A stretch of DNA of 64,000 bases from Actinomycetota bacterium (GTDB lineage Bacteria > Actinomycetota > Acidimicrobiia > Acidimicrobiales > Ilumatobacteraceae): positions 4,536 through 68,535 of the forward strand of contig JBCDFR010000011.1 of assembly GCA_039177505.1 (NCBI GenBank). The letters are read 5' to 3'. Below, in pieces: positions 1 through 8,203 of this stretch; position 1 is the stretch's first letter; every line of letters starts with the position of its first letter. A model generated the notes under the pieces. It did no database searches. It worked only from the letters and a program-made list of their open reading frames with translations, and was not told the origin of the DNA. Both the position numbers and the translations under genes were made by a program.

Positions 1-308
1 GATGGCCCGAGCTCTACCAGCTGGTGTTCGAGCGGCCGATCACCGACTACGAGATCGGACCCGCAGCCGTGGCCGAAGGCGTGCACTCGTTCGAGATGAT
101 CATCGACATCGCCGCCCAGTGGCTGCACATCACCGCCGGTGTCGCCGATCCGTCGCGGCGCGCCGCAGTTGATCTAGCGCGGGCGATGTGGTCGTCGCTC
201 CACGGATTCGTCGTGCTCGAACGCGTCGGGTTCGCCACACCTGTCGACACCGACCGCCTCTCCGAGCAGTCGGTCGTGGCGCTTCTCGACGGCTGGTCGG
301 CGTCTTAG
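1..308 (+). CDS. TetR/AcrR-family regulator, C-terminal part (5' end upstream of window)
   Basis: The frame is open from the window edge (WPELYQLVFERPITDYE...) into track ORF 24..308. The helical C-terminal region (...AMWSSLHGFVVLERVGF...) resembles TetR_C ligand-binding domains. The HTH would lie outside the window. Call is by eye only. Confidence 0.55.
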   Translation, partial: WPELYQLVFERPITDYEIGPAAVAEGVHSFEMIIDIAAQWLHITAGVADPSRRAAVDLARAMWSSLHGFVVLERVGFATPVDTDRLSEQSVVALLDGWSAS

Positions 309-317
309 GGCTACCAG

Positions 318-3300
318 TCAACACCCGGCGGGCACGCGGATTCTGCGATCGACCGGCATGTCGCTGATCACGATCGCCTCGCCCTGCGGCGGAGTGATCA
401 CGACGTCGACGACCGTTGCAGCACCCAGTCCTAGATGGGCGACGGGCTCCACACCACCACCGAACCCCTGGGCGCCGCCGATCTCGTCGAAGGCGATCAG
501 TGCGTCGGGCTCACCGACACTGCCGGCCCGATAGGCGGCGACGGTCGTCCCCGGCCCGCCGCCGAGCGAGGCAGCGACCGCAACATCGAGAAAGTGACCG
601 CTCGGCGTGCGGTTGAGCAGCAGCCGCGAGGGCAGCCCCGGGTCCCACTCCACGAGCAGCACGTCGAGCCGCCCGTCGCGATCGACGTCCGCCGTTGGTG
701 CACTCACCCAGTATTGGCCGTCTCCGAGCCCGCTCGGTGGCGCAAACCGTGGCGAGTCGGCATCGGCCTGGTTCATGAACACCGCCGGCTCGACCTCGTT
801 GTCGAGTCCGCCGCTGGTCAGCACGTCGACGCGTCCGTCGTTGTCGAGGTCAACAAGCGCCACGTGCGGTGCCTTCGACGACAGCCCGGCCAACCCCGCC
901 TCGGTCGTGATGTCGACGAGCTCAAGATCACCGGGTTCGGAGCGGTTCTCGTACAGCCTGACCGGGACCGGCTCTCCGCCCTCCGCGGCGGAGTTGAAGT
1001 GTTGGCCGATCAGCACATCGAGGTCTCCGTCGCCGTCAACGTCACCGAGCGCCACGCCTGCCGGATCATCCTCATCACCGAACAGCTCCCACGGTTCGAT
1101 CGCGCCGACCACCTCCTCGAGCCCCGAGCCCGTCCCCAGGAACACGCGGTTCGACCCACCGACGACCAGGTCCGTGAGGCCATCACCGTCGAGGTCGCCG
1201 GTTGCGAGCCCGAGACCCCACACGTCGTCGGGCCACCAAGCGCCGCGGAACGGTTCGAACCGCATGTCGCCGAGGTTGCGATAGAGCCGGCTCGAACGGC
1301 CGCGGAACCGATCTTCGAGGATGACCAGGTCGTGGAGCCCGTCGCGGTCGACGTCGATCACCCCGACCGATCTCCCAGGTGACTCGTCGTCGAGCCCGCT
1401 GTTGCGCACGGGAACGAACTGTCCGTCGTCGTTGCGCCACACCTGTGACGGCGTCGGACTCGAACCACTGACGTTGCGGGCGAGCACCAGGTCGAGATCA
1501 CCGTCCAGATCGAGGTCGGTGAACAACGCCCCGCTCGTCCGTCCGATCGGGGCGTCGAGGGCGAGATCGCTCCAACTCCCATCAGCCGTGCCGCCGAGGA
1601 GGCGATCCGGATTCGGGACGGAGGCGCCGCGTTGTCGGTAGTCCTCGGCCGGGCGGTCACCGAACGTGCCGACCACGAGGTCGACGAGCTGATCACCGTC
1701 GACATCGCCCCATGCCGCGGCGTGACCCATCATCCCGACCAGCGCGTCGTCGAGCCCACTCGCGGCGGTGACGTCCTCCCAGCGGATCTCGCCGGTGGAC
1801 TCCGCCGACGACACCGGTGCTGCCCAGCAGGTGAGCCCCGCGACCTCCGTCGACGCAGTGGACTCGACCGACACACCGGTGGTGCGCCCGTCGCCGGGGA
1901 GGTCGATCTGTAGGAGCACGACCTCGCCGAACGTCGAGTCGTCGCGTGTGGACACCGGGGCGCTGTTGAGGCCGACGAAGAGCCGCCGCCGCTCGGCATC
2001 GAGCACAAGGTTGTACGTGCCGCCTGCGGTGAGCCCGAGCGCGTCCTCGGTCAGCGGATTGAGTTCGACGATCTTGTCGATCGAGCCGGTCGCAGTGTCC
2101 AACGCCATCAGCGGGGTACCGGACGTCCATGCAGAGCCGTGAGCACCCGGGATGAAGTACACCGTCGAGCCGTCGGGCTCCATGGCGATCGAGGCGACGT
2201 AGCCGGGGGCTTCACCGAGTTCGTCGATGCTGCCGTCGGGTCGCAATGCGAAGAACTTGTTGTCCGGCCGGTTCGTGATCCCGTAGATCGTGCCGTCGGG
2301 TGCCGGCGGGGTCGCCGCCCGCAGAAACCGGCCGGGTATCGGGTCGGGCAACTCCGTCATCTCGCCGGTCGATGGGCTCCACCGCGTGAGGTGGCCTTCC
2401 GGCGACGAGAACAGCACGGCGCCATCGGATTCGATGGCCATCGCACGAAACCCGACGTGGGCCGGGGAGTCGTCGAGGATGGTGGACTCGCCCGTCGCCG
2501 TGTCGTAGCTGAACAGCACGCCGGCGTCGGGCGACGACTCCGGATCGACCGCCTCACCGAACAGGACGGTCGAGGCGGCTGAGCCGGCCATCGACGGTGT
2601 GCCGTGATCCTCGACCGGCACACCGAGCGCGCTGGTAGTTCGGGCGGTCGGGTCGAGGCGGAACAGGACGTCGCCGTCGTAGCCGTTCTGGTATTCGAGT
2701 CCACGGCGCGATCCCCAGTAGGTCGACGTGTAGATGTGGTCGCACGGCCCGACGATCATCTGCGCGTGCACCTTGCCAAAACCCCATGCCCCGCGCTGGT
2801 GGTCGACGAGCGACAGTGCGTCGCCGATCATCCGCAGTTCGCCGCTCTCGGGGTCGTACTCGTAGAGGTAGCTGTTGCCGTCAGCACCGAGGTGATCGCC
2901 GACCGCTGAGAAGAACCGCCCGTCGCTGATCACCGCCCCCTGGCCCCACTGCGACCACGGCGCCCCGGTGTCGCTCGGACCGGGATACACCGCCCCGGTC
3001 ACTCGTAGCCCGTCGTCGCGCGCGAGCAACTCCTCCATCGTGGTCTCGTCGAGGGTCGACCATTCCGTGGCATCAGGGTCGGGCGGTAGGCACGCTGCGT
3101 CGGCAGGAGCTGAGGTCGATGGTGCCTGGGCCGATGGTGCCTGGGCCGATGGTGCCTGGGCCGATGTCGGCGGCACGGCCGAGGTTGCCGTGGGCGCCGG
3201 CCCGCCGCTGGTCGGCGATGACGACACCGGTTCGGCCGCCGACGTCGTCGAGGGCGAGGCGTCGACAGCGGAAGACACCGCTGTGTTGTCCTCGCCGGCC

Positions 3301-3440
3301 GTGCACGCCGCGAGCAAGGCCCCCACTGCGAACGCAAGCACGACGCGACGCACACCACAAGTCTTGCCGATCGCGCCCGGGTCGTGGGAGCGGGACGCAT
3401 CACAATCCGACACGGTGCTCGAGAACGGGCCACCCAGCAT
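318..3440 (-). CDS. Large secreted lipoprotein: beta-propeller-like N-terminal half plus FG-GAP/VCBS repeat, ASPIC/UnbV-type (CRTAC1-like) C-terminal half
   Basis: Lower part of track ORF 318..4256. ATG 3440 (or GTG 3353) precedes the lipobox VRRVVLAFAVGALLAAC, followed by a Ser/Pro/Ala linker. There are at least 7 FG-GAP-type repeats: GDVDGDQLVDLVVG, DLDLDGDLDLVLA, DVDRDGLHDLVIL, GDLDGDGLTDLVVGG, GDVDGDGDLDVLIG, DLDNDGRVDVLTSG, DVDRDGRLDVLLVEW. The ORF portion above 3440 is antisense to gene 3511..4797 and was discarded. Confidence 0.8.
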   Translation of the reverse strand: MLGGPFSSTVSDCDASRSHDPGAIGKTCGVRRVVLAFAVGALLAACTAGEDNTAVSSAVDASPSTTSAAEPVSSSPTSGGPAPTATSAVPPTSAQAPSAQAPSAQAPSTSAPADAACLPPDPDATEWSTLDETTMEELLARDDGLRVTGAVYPGPSDTGAPWSQWGQGAVISDGRFFSAVGDHLGADGNSYLYEYDPESGELRMIGDALSLVDHQRGAWGFGKVHAQMIVGPCDHIYTSTYWGSRRGLEYQNGYDGDVLFRLDPTARTTSALGVPVEDHGTPSMAGSAASTVLFGEAVDPESSPDAGVLFSYDTATGESTILDDSPAHVGFRAMAIESDGAVLFSSPEGHLTRWSPSTGEMTELPDPIPGRFLRAATPPAPDGTIYGITNRPDNKFFALRPDGSIDELGEAPGYVASIAMEPDGSTVYFIPGAHGSAWTSGTPLMALDTATGSIDKIVELNPLTEDALGLTAGGTYNLVLDAERRRLFVGLNSAPVSTRDDSTFGEVVLLQIDLPGDGRTTGVSVESTASTEVAGLTCWAAPVSSAESTGEIRWEDVTAASGLDDALVGMMGHAAAWGDVDGDQLVDLVVGTFGDRPAEDYRQRGASVPNPDRLLGGTADGSWSDLALDAPIGRTSGALFTDLDLDGDLDLVLARNVSGSSPTPSQVWRNDDGQFVPVRNSGLDDESPGRSVGVIDVDRDGLHDLVILEDRFRGRSSRLYRNLGDMRFEPFRGAWWPDDVWGLGLATGDLDGDGLTDLVVGGSNRVFLGTGSGLEEVVGAIEPWELFGDEDDPAGVALGDVDGDGDLDVLIGQHFNSAAEGGEPVPVRLYENRSEPGDLELVDITTEAGLAGLSSKAPHVALVDLDNDGRVDVLTSGGLDNEVEPAVFMNQADADSPRFAPPSGLGDGQYWVSAPTADVDRDGRLDVLLVEWDPGLPSRLLLNRTPSGHFLDVAVAASLGGGPGTTVAAYRAGSVGEPDALIAFDEIGGAQGFGGGVEPVAHLGLGAATVVDVVITPPQGEAIVISDMPVDRRIRVPAGC
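3118..3166. repeat. 15-bp tandem repeat, about 3.2 copies (gatggtgcctgggcc on + strand), encoding (AQAPS)n in the lipoprotein linker
   Basis: Perfect units at 3118-3132, 3133-3147 and 3148-3162, plus a partial unit. On the minus strand it translates as SAQAPSAQAPSAQAPS. Confidence 0.9.
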
Positions 3441-3510
3441 GGGACGTGACCTACTTCGCCGACGATGGAATGATGTGCTGGTAATCAGGAGTGCACGGCC
3501 ACACCACATC

Positions 3511-4797
3511 ATGGTCACCGCGGCCATCGCCCTCGCTGTCGCCGCTTGCAGCACCGAGGAGAGCACACAGACCGCCCAAACCAGCGTGGCGCCGACGAGC
3601 GCCGGTGTCGTCACCACGATCCCACGGCCGACCACCACCGCTGTATCGACGACCTCGTCGACGGTGGCCGAGACAGCACCGTCGACGGCCCCGAGTTCGA
3701 CGTCGCCACCAGCGACGACCCCGGCGCCGACCACCACGGTGCCGCCCGCCGCGCCACCGCCGAACGACAACTTCGCGGCCGTACAGATCGGGTTCGAACA
3801 GGTCGCCGACGTCAACTCACCCACCGCGATCGCGTGGCGCGACGGAGATCCATCGATGTACGTGACCACCCAGGAAGGCTTCATCTCGCGCACCACACCC
3901 GACGGGTTGGTCCCCGTCGGCGACCTGTCGGGAGAAACGATCGAACTGCTGTCAGGATCCGAACGAGGTCTGCTCGGCGCGGCGTTCGACCCCCGAGACG
4001 GCCGGCTGTACGTCAACTTCACCGATCTCGACAACAACACACGTGTCTGGTCGTACGAGATGGCCGAGGCGTCGATCGTGCCCGACTCGCGCCGGGAGAT
4101 CCTGATGATCGAACAGCCGGGCGTCGGCCACAACGGTGGTGGGCTGCTGTTCGACGCCGACGGCAACCTTTTCATCGGCTCCGGTGACGGTGGTGGCAGC
4201 AACGGTCGCGACGCAGCCGATACGTCGAAGCTGCTCGGCGTGATCATGCGCATCACCCCGAATCTCGACGGCGATGGCTACACCATCCCGACCGACAACC
4301 CCTTCGCCGATGGTGTCGCCGACCGGCCCGAGGTGTGGGCGCGCGGCTTCCGCAATCCGTGGAGCTTCTCCATCGACTGGCCGACCGGCGACATGTGGAT
4401 CGGCGACGTCGGCAACGACGAACGCGAAGAGGTCAGTGTGATGCGGGGCGGCGAACGCGGCCTCAACTTCGGGTGGCCGTGGTTCGAGGGCACGAATCCG
4501 CGGCGTTCAGGCGCCCCCGAGGGCGTGATCCCACCGGTGTTCGACTACCCCCGCAGCGACGGTGTCGCGGTGATGGGCGGCCACGTGTACCGCGGTGCCG
4601 CATTCCCCGAGCTGGAGGGGGCATATCTGTTCGCCGACCTCGGCGGTGCGATGTGGGCGATCGGTGCCGACGGTGTGTCGCGACTCGACGTCGACCCGCC
4701 GACCGGCATCGTCGGTTGGGGCGAAGACCCCGACGGCGAGCTGTATCTGTTGTCGCTGTACGACGGTGTGTTCAAGCTCGTGCCGGAGAACAGCTAG
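3511..4797 (+). CDS. PQQ-dependent sugar dehydrogenase (soluble glucose/sorbosone dehydrogenase family) lipoprotein
   Basis: ATG 3511 gives MVTAAIALAVAAC (lipobox). Family blocks present: GLLGAAFDP, HNGGGLLFDADGNLFIGSGDGG, RGFRNPWSFSID..TGDMWIGDVGNDEREEV, GWPWFEG. ATG 3439 is an alternative start. Confidence 0.85.
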   Translation: MVTAAIALAVAACSTEESTQTAQTSVAPTSAGVVTTIPRPTTTAVSTTSSTVAETAPSTAPSSTSPPATTPAPTTTVPPAAPPPNDNFAAVQIGFEQVADVNSPTAIAWRDGDPSMYVTTQEGFISRTTPDGLVPVGDLSGETIELLSGSERGLLGAAFDPRDGRLYVNFTDLDNNTRVWSYEMAEASIVPDSRREILMIEQPGVGHNGGGLLFDADGNLFIGSGDGGGSNGRDAADTSKLLGVIMRITPNLDGDGYTIPTDNPFADGVADRPEVWARGFRNPWSFSIDWPTGDMWIGDVGNDEREEVSVMRGGERGLNFGWPWFEGTNPRRSGAPEGVIPPVFDYPRSDGVAVMGGHVYRGAAFPELEGAYLFADLGGAMWAIGADGVSRLDVDPPTGIVGWGEDPDGELYLLSLYDGVFKLVPENS

Positions 4798-5744
4798 TGC
4801 GCGAACGATCGACCATCCGCGTACGCGCGGTCGCGGCCGCCGCCATTGCGGCGATCGCCGTCACCGCATGCAACACGACCGACGCCCCAGAGAGCGGCCG
4901 CACCGGAGCGTCGACGACCACACAACCACAGGTTCCACCCGGTGTCGTTGCTCCCTTTCCGAACGACGATCCGGCACCGGTCGGCGAGATCGGCGACTAT
5001 CAACTGAGCAACACCATCACCGCGATCGAGCAGTACGGCGAGCCGCTCATCGATCTCGACCTGGCCAACGGACTGCAGGTCCAGACCTACGGACAGGCGT
5101 CGAACCCGAGCCCGTATTACCAGGATCAGGTCGCCGTGGTGAGAGACGCCCGTGCGTGCGTCGATGCGGTGCTCGAACGCGACCAGCCCGCTCGCCCAGC
5201 GGTGATCTTCGACGTCGACGAAACTGCGCTGTCAGCGTTCTGGATGATGGCGCAGCAAGACCTCGGATTCGACGTGTGGCTCCAAAATTCGCTCTACCTC
5301 CTCGCTGCGAATCCGGCGATCGAACCAACGCGAGAGTGGTTCAACGATCTGTTCGACCAGAACGTCCAGCCGATTCTGGTCACCGGTCGCTCCGAAACGC
5401 TGACGGTCACATCGCCACTCGATGGCCGCGAATCGGAGCTCGCGATCGGCGAAGCGACCACCTCCAACTTGGTCGACGCGGGCTTCCAGACCGGCGGTCC
5501 GCACAACCCCGACCTCGAGGGCTTCTTGCTCTTCTTCCAACCGATCGACCACTCAGGTGGTGTTGGCAAGTTCAAAGCGGACACTCGGGCCGAACTCGCC
5601 GACGACTTCGACCTCGTCGGCAACATCGGCGATCAATTCAGCGATCTGACGATCGGTGACAGTCCGCCGGACCCACCGATCGAGTGCAGCTACAAGATGC
5701 CGAATCCGTTCTACTTCATCCCGAGCGGCGGATCGCCCGACTGA
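4797..5744 (+). CDS. HAD-superfamily class B (subfamily IIIB) acid phosphatase lipoprotein
   Basis: GTG 4797 overlaps the upstream stop by 1 nt (TAGTG). Lipobox IAAIAVTAC. HAD motifs: IFDVDETALS (DxDxT), VTGRSE, GDQFSD. Confidence 0.75.
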   Translation: MRERSTIRVRAVAAAAIAAIAVTACNTTDAPESGRTGASTTTQPQVPPGVVAPFPNDDPAPVGEIGDYQLSNTITAIEQYGEPLIDLDLANGLQVQTYGQASNPSPYYQDQVAVVRDARACVDAVLERDQPARPAVIFDVDETALSAFWMMAQQDLGFDVWLQNSLYLLAANPAIEPTREWFNDLFDQNVQPILVTGRSETLTVTSPLDGRESELAIGEATTSNLVDAGFQTGGPHNPDLEGFLLFFQPIDHSGGVGKFKADTRAELADDFDLVGNIGDQFSDLTIGDSPPDPPIECSYKMPNPFYFIPSGGSPD

Positions 5745-5754
5745 CCTCAAAGGT

Positions 5755-6747
5755 TCAAGACAACTTCAGTCCCGCTCCGCAGAGCGGCACCACGGTCGCG
5801 CCACCGTGGTCGCGACGCTGTCGAGCAGTGGCGACAGCGACGGCGCCGGTCGGCTCGACGTACCAACCCGCCTCGGCGAGCACCCTCTGAGCAGCAAGGA
5901 TTTCCCCGTCCCCGACGGTGACGAATTCGCCGCCGGTTGAGGCCACAACGTCGACGATCTCGGCGAGTCGCGGCGGAGCGGCGATGGCGATGCCTTCGGC
6001 GACGGTCGGGGCTGGGTCGAAGTGGCGCCCGGTTGCGTGGGCGACGATCGGCGCGCAACCAGCAGCCTGTACGGCGGTGATCGGCGGCACCTCGTCGACC
6101 AGGCCGGCGAGCCGGAGCTCCTCGAAGCCGAGCCATGCACCGAGCACGAGCGTGCCGTTCCCCACCGGCAACACGAGCCGCTCGGGCGCACGGCGACCAA
6201 GCTGTTCCCACACCTCGAAGGCGAACGTCTTGGTGCCGGCGAGAAAGCTCGGCTCCCACACGTGGCTGGCGTAGAACCCGTCGCCTCGCGACACCGCTTC
6301 CACGGCTGCCTGGGCTGCGGCCGTACGGTCACCATCGACCCGCACGACGCGGGCGCCGTGCGCTTCGGCTTGACGTGTCTTGCCCTCACTGGTCGTCGCC
6401 GGCACGTAGACCGCGCACGGCAGGCCGGCACGGGCGCTGTAGGCGGCAACCGCGGTACCGGCGTTGCCGCTCGAGTCACACACGAGTCGCTCAGCGCCGC
6501 ACTCCACGGCATGGGCGACGACCACGGCCGCGCCGCGGTCCTTGAACGAGAGTGTCGGATTGGCGAACTCGATCTTGAGCAGCAGTTCACCCATTCCCGG
6601 CATCAACGGCGTCCCGCCTGCTCCCAGATCGAGACGCGCTTGTGCCACGTCGGGATCGGCGAGTCCGAAGGTCTCGCGGTATCGCCAGATGGTGTCACCA
6701 ACCGACGGCGCCACGTCGACGATGTGACGCGGAAACGGTCGCGGCAT
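5755..6747 (-). CDS. PLP-dependent threonine-synthase-like enzyme (Trp-synthase beta superfamily)
   Basis: ATG 6747 lies within track ORF 5755..6846. PLP-lysine block LSFKDRGAAV; SSGNAGTAVAAY; glycine loop PVGNGTL. The exact reaction is not assignable. Confidence 0.75.
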   Translation of the reverse strand: MPRPFPRHIVDVAPSVGDTIWRYRETFGLADPDVAQARLDLGAGGTPLMPGMGELLLKIEFANPTLSFKDRGAAVVVAHAVECGAERLVCDSSGNAGTAVAAYSARAGLPCAVYVPATTSEGKTRQAEAHGARVVRVDGDRTAAAQAAVEAVSRGDGFYASHVWEPSFLAGTKTFAFEVWEQLGRRAPERLVLPVGNGTLVLGAWLGFEELRLAGLVDEVPPITAVQAAGCAPIVAHATGRHFDPAPTVAEGIAIAAPPRLAEIVDVVASTGGEFVTVGDGEILAAQRVLAEAGWYVEPTGAVAVATARQRRDHGGATVVPLCGAGLKLS

Positions 6748-6770
6748 GACCCGCTGTGGCGACCGGGCCG

Positions 6771-7436
6771 TCACAGTGTCCAGCCGCCGTCGGTGGGGAT
6801 CACCGCGCCGAACACGTACGACGCCGCCGGTGACGCCAACCACCACACCACCTCCGCGGCTTCTCCGCCGCGACCGAGTCGTCGCGCCGGGACCTCGCGC
6901 CGCAGCGACGCTTGGAACTCAGGGTCGGCGACGGTCGCCGGAGGGAAGTAGGAGGGGTTCTCGATGAAGTTGGGAGCGATCCCGTTCACGCGCACGCCCT
7001 GCTTGGCGACCTCGTGCCCGACGCTGCGCACCAACGTCAACTGCGCCGAACGAGCCGACTCGTACGCTGCGATCGGATGCGTTGACGATCGAATGGCCGT
7101 CGCCGATGTGGGCACCACGATCGCTCCCTCGCCGGCCGCGACCATCGACGGGAGGCACTCGCCGAATAGCCAGAACAGCGGTTGCACGAGCCGTCCAAAC
7201 GCACCATCGACGACTGCGTCGTCGTGCTCGGTGATCGGCGCAACCGTGATCGGCGCATCGAGGTTGGCGACGACCACGTCGAACGGACCCCGGTCGGCGA
7301 CGAGTTTGCGGGTATCGACCGCACTCCGCAGCGGTTCGCGGTGAGCAACGACGTCGTCGCCACCGGCTCGAAACCGCTCGACGGCAGCCGGCCCCACGAA
7401 GTCATCGGCGTCGGTGACGAGGACGCGCCGCAACAT
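6771..7436 (-). CDS. SDR-family oxidoreductase (atypical)
   Basis: N-terminal Rossmann segment VLVTDADDFVG; Y-x3-R/K region YESARSAQ; IAPNFI; C-terminal GAVIPTDGGWTL. Its ATG overlaps the pcp stop (ATGA at 7434-7438). Confidence 0.75.
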   Translation of the reverse strand: MLRRVLVTDADDFVGPAAVERFRAGGDDVVAHREPLRSAVDTRKLVADRGPFDVVVANLDAPITVAPITEHDDAVVDGAFGRLVQPLFWLFGECLPSMVAAGEGAIVVPTSATAIRSSTHPIAAYESARSAQLTLVRSVGHEVAKQGVRVNGIAPNFIENPSYFPPATVADPEFQASLRREVPARRLGRGGEAAEVVWWLASPAASYVFGAVIPTDGGWTL

Positions 7437-8110
7437 CAGATCTGCAACAGCGAGTGCACGTGCTCGTCGACATCGACGGGATGGACGAGCGCCGCACCGA
7501 TCGCTGCGCGGAGACCGCGCACCGAGGTGTCGAGCGACATGCTCGGATGGCCCAGGTTCTCATCGACGGCGGCCACCTCGGGAAGCTGTGGCAGGTGCAC
7601 CCAGCCGGCCTTGATGCCGAGAGCCTCCGACGCGATGTGCTGCAGCACCCCGTACATCAGGTGGTTACACATCAGCGTGCCACCGGTATCGGAGATGTCG
7701 GCGGGTACGCCAGCTCGACGCATCGCCAGCACCATGGCGCGAATCGGCAGGGTGGCGTAGATGCCGACCGGACCGCCAGGAACGGTCTCGTCGTCTTCGA
7801 GGATCACTCCGTCGTTGTCGGCAATGCCGTATCGCGCTGAGTCGTTCAGGTTCTGCGCGATCCGCTCGGCGGTGATCATCGACCGTCCCGGATACTCACC
7901 GAGCATCACGACGTGAGACGGCGACGTCTCAGCGATGGCAGCTGCGACCACGTCGATACAACGAAACCACCTGCTGGGAGCGATGAGCCCCGTCACCGGA
8001 ACCCCGTCGATCGTCTCGCCGTCGAGCGCCTCGGCGGTCAGCTGTGCAGGATTGGTCGGGGTGGTGCCGTACGGCTCGAACCCGGTCACCAGCACTTGCG
8101 AGGCCGTCAT
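7436..8110 (-). CDS. pcp: Pyroglutamyl-peptidase I (pyrrolidone-carboxylate peptidase, C15)
   Basis: ATG 8110 gives MTASQVLVTGFEPYG. Also present: ERIAQN, a catalytic Cys context GGTLMCNHLMY, and VHLP. Confidence 0.85.
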   Translation of the reverse strand: MTASQVLVTGFEPYGTTPTNPAQLTAEALDGETIDGVPVTGLIAPSRWFRCIDVVAAAIAETSPSHVVMLGEYPGRSMITAERIAQNLNDSARYGIADNDGVILEDDETVPGGPVGIYATLPIRAMVLAMRRAGVPADISDTGGTLMCNHLMYGVLQHIASEALGIKAGWVHLPQLPEVAAVDENLGHPSMSLDTSVRGLRAAIGAALVHPVDVDEHVHSLLQI

Positions 8111-8203
8111 CTCACTCCGCTCTGTCGTCGATCGAATGGGCAGCGAGAGCGCTGCACTCGGTAGCACGCGCAGGTTAATCAAGTACACGTCGCTCTGACC
8201 CGA

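Noticed and set aside
435-1382. 315-aa + strand ORF (and overlapping 607..1284, 1321..1641) inside the FG-GAP lipoprotein gene
   Set aside because: It is antisense to a gene with unmistakable repeat motifs. The products are Arg/Pro/His/Ser-rich low complexity, as expected for shadow ORFs in high-GC DNA.
2968-3510. N-terminal extension of track ORF 2968..4797
   Set aside because: It overlaps the 5' part of the divergent FG-GAP gene on the other strand. The lipobox-bearing start is at ATG 3511 (or 3439).
3441-4256. First 272 codons of track ORF 318..4256
   Set aside because: This part is antisense to the PQQ-dependent sugar dehydrogenase gene, which has strong family blocks. The lipoprotein signal peptide of the minus-strand gene only appears after ATG 3440 / GTG 3353.
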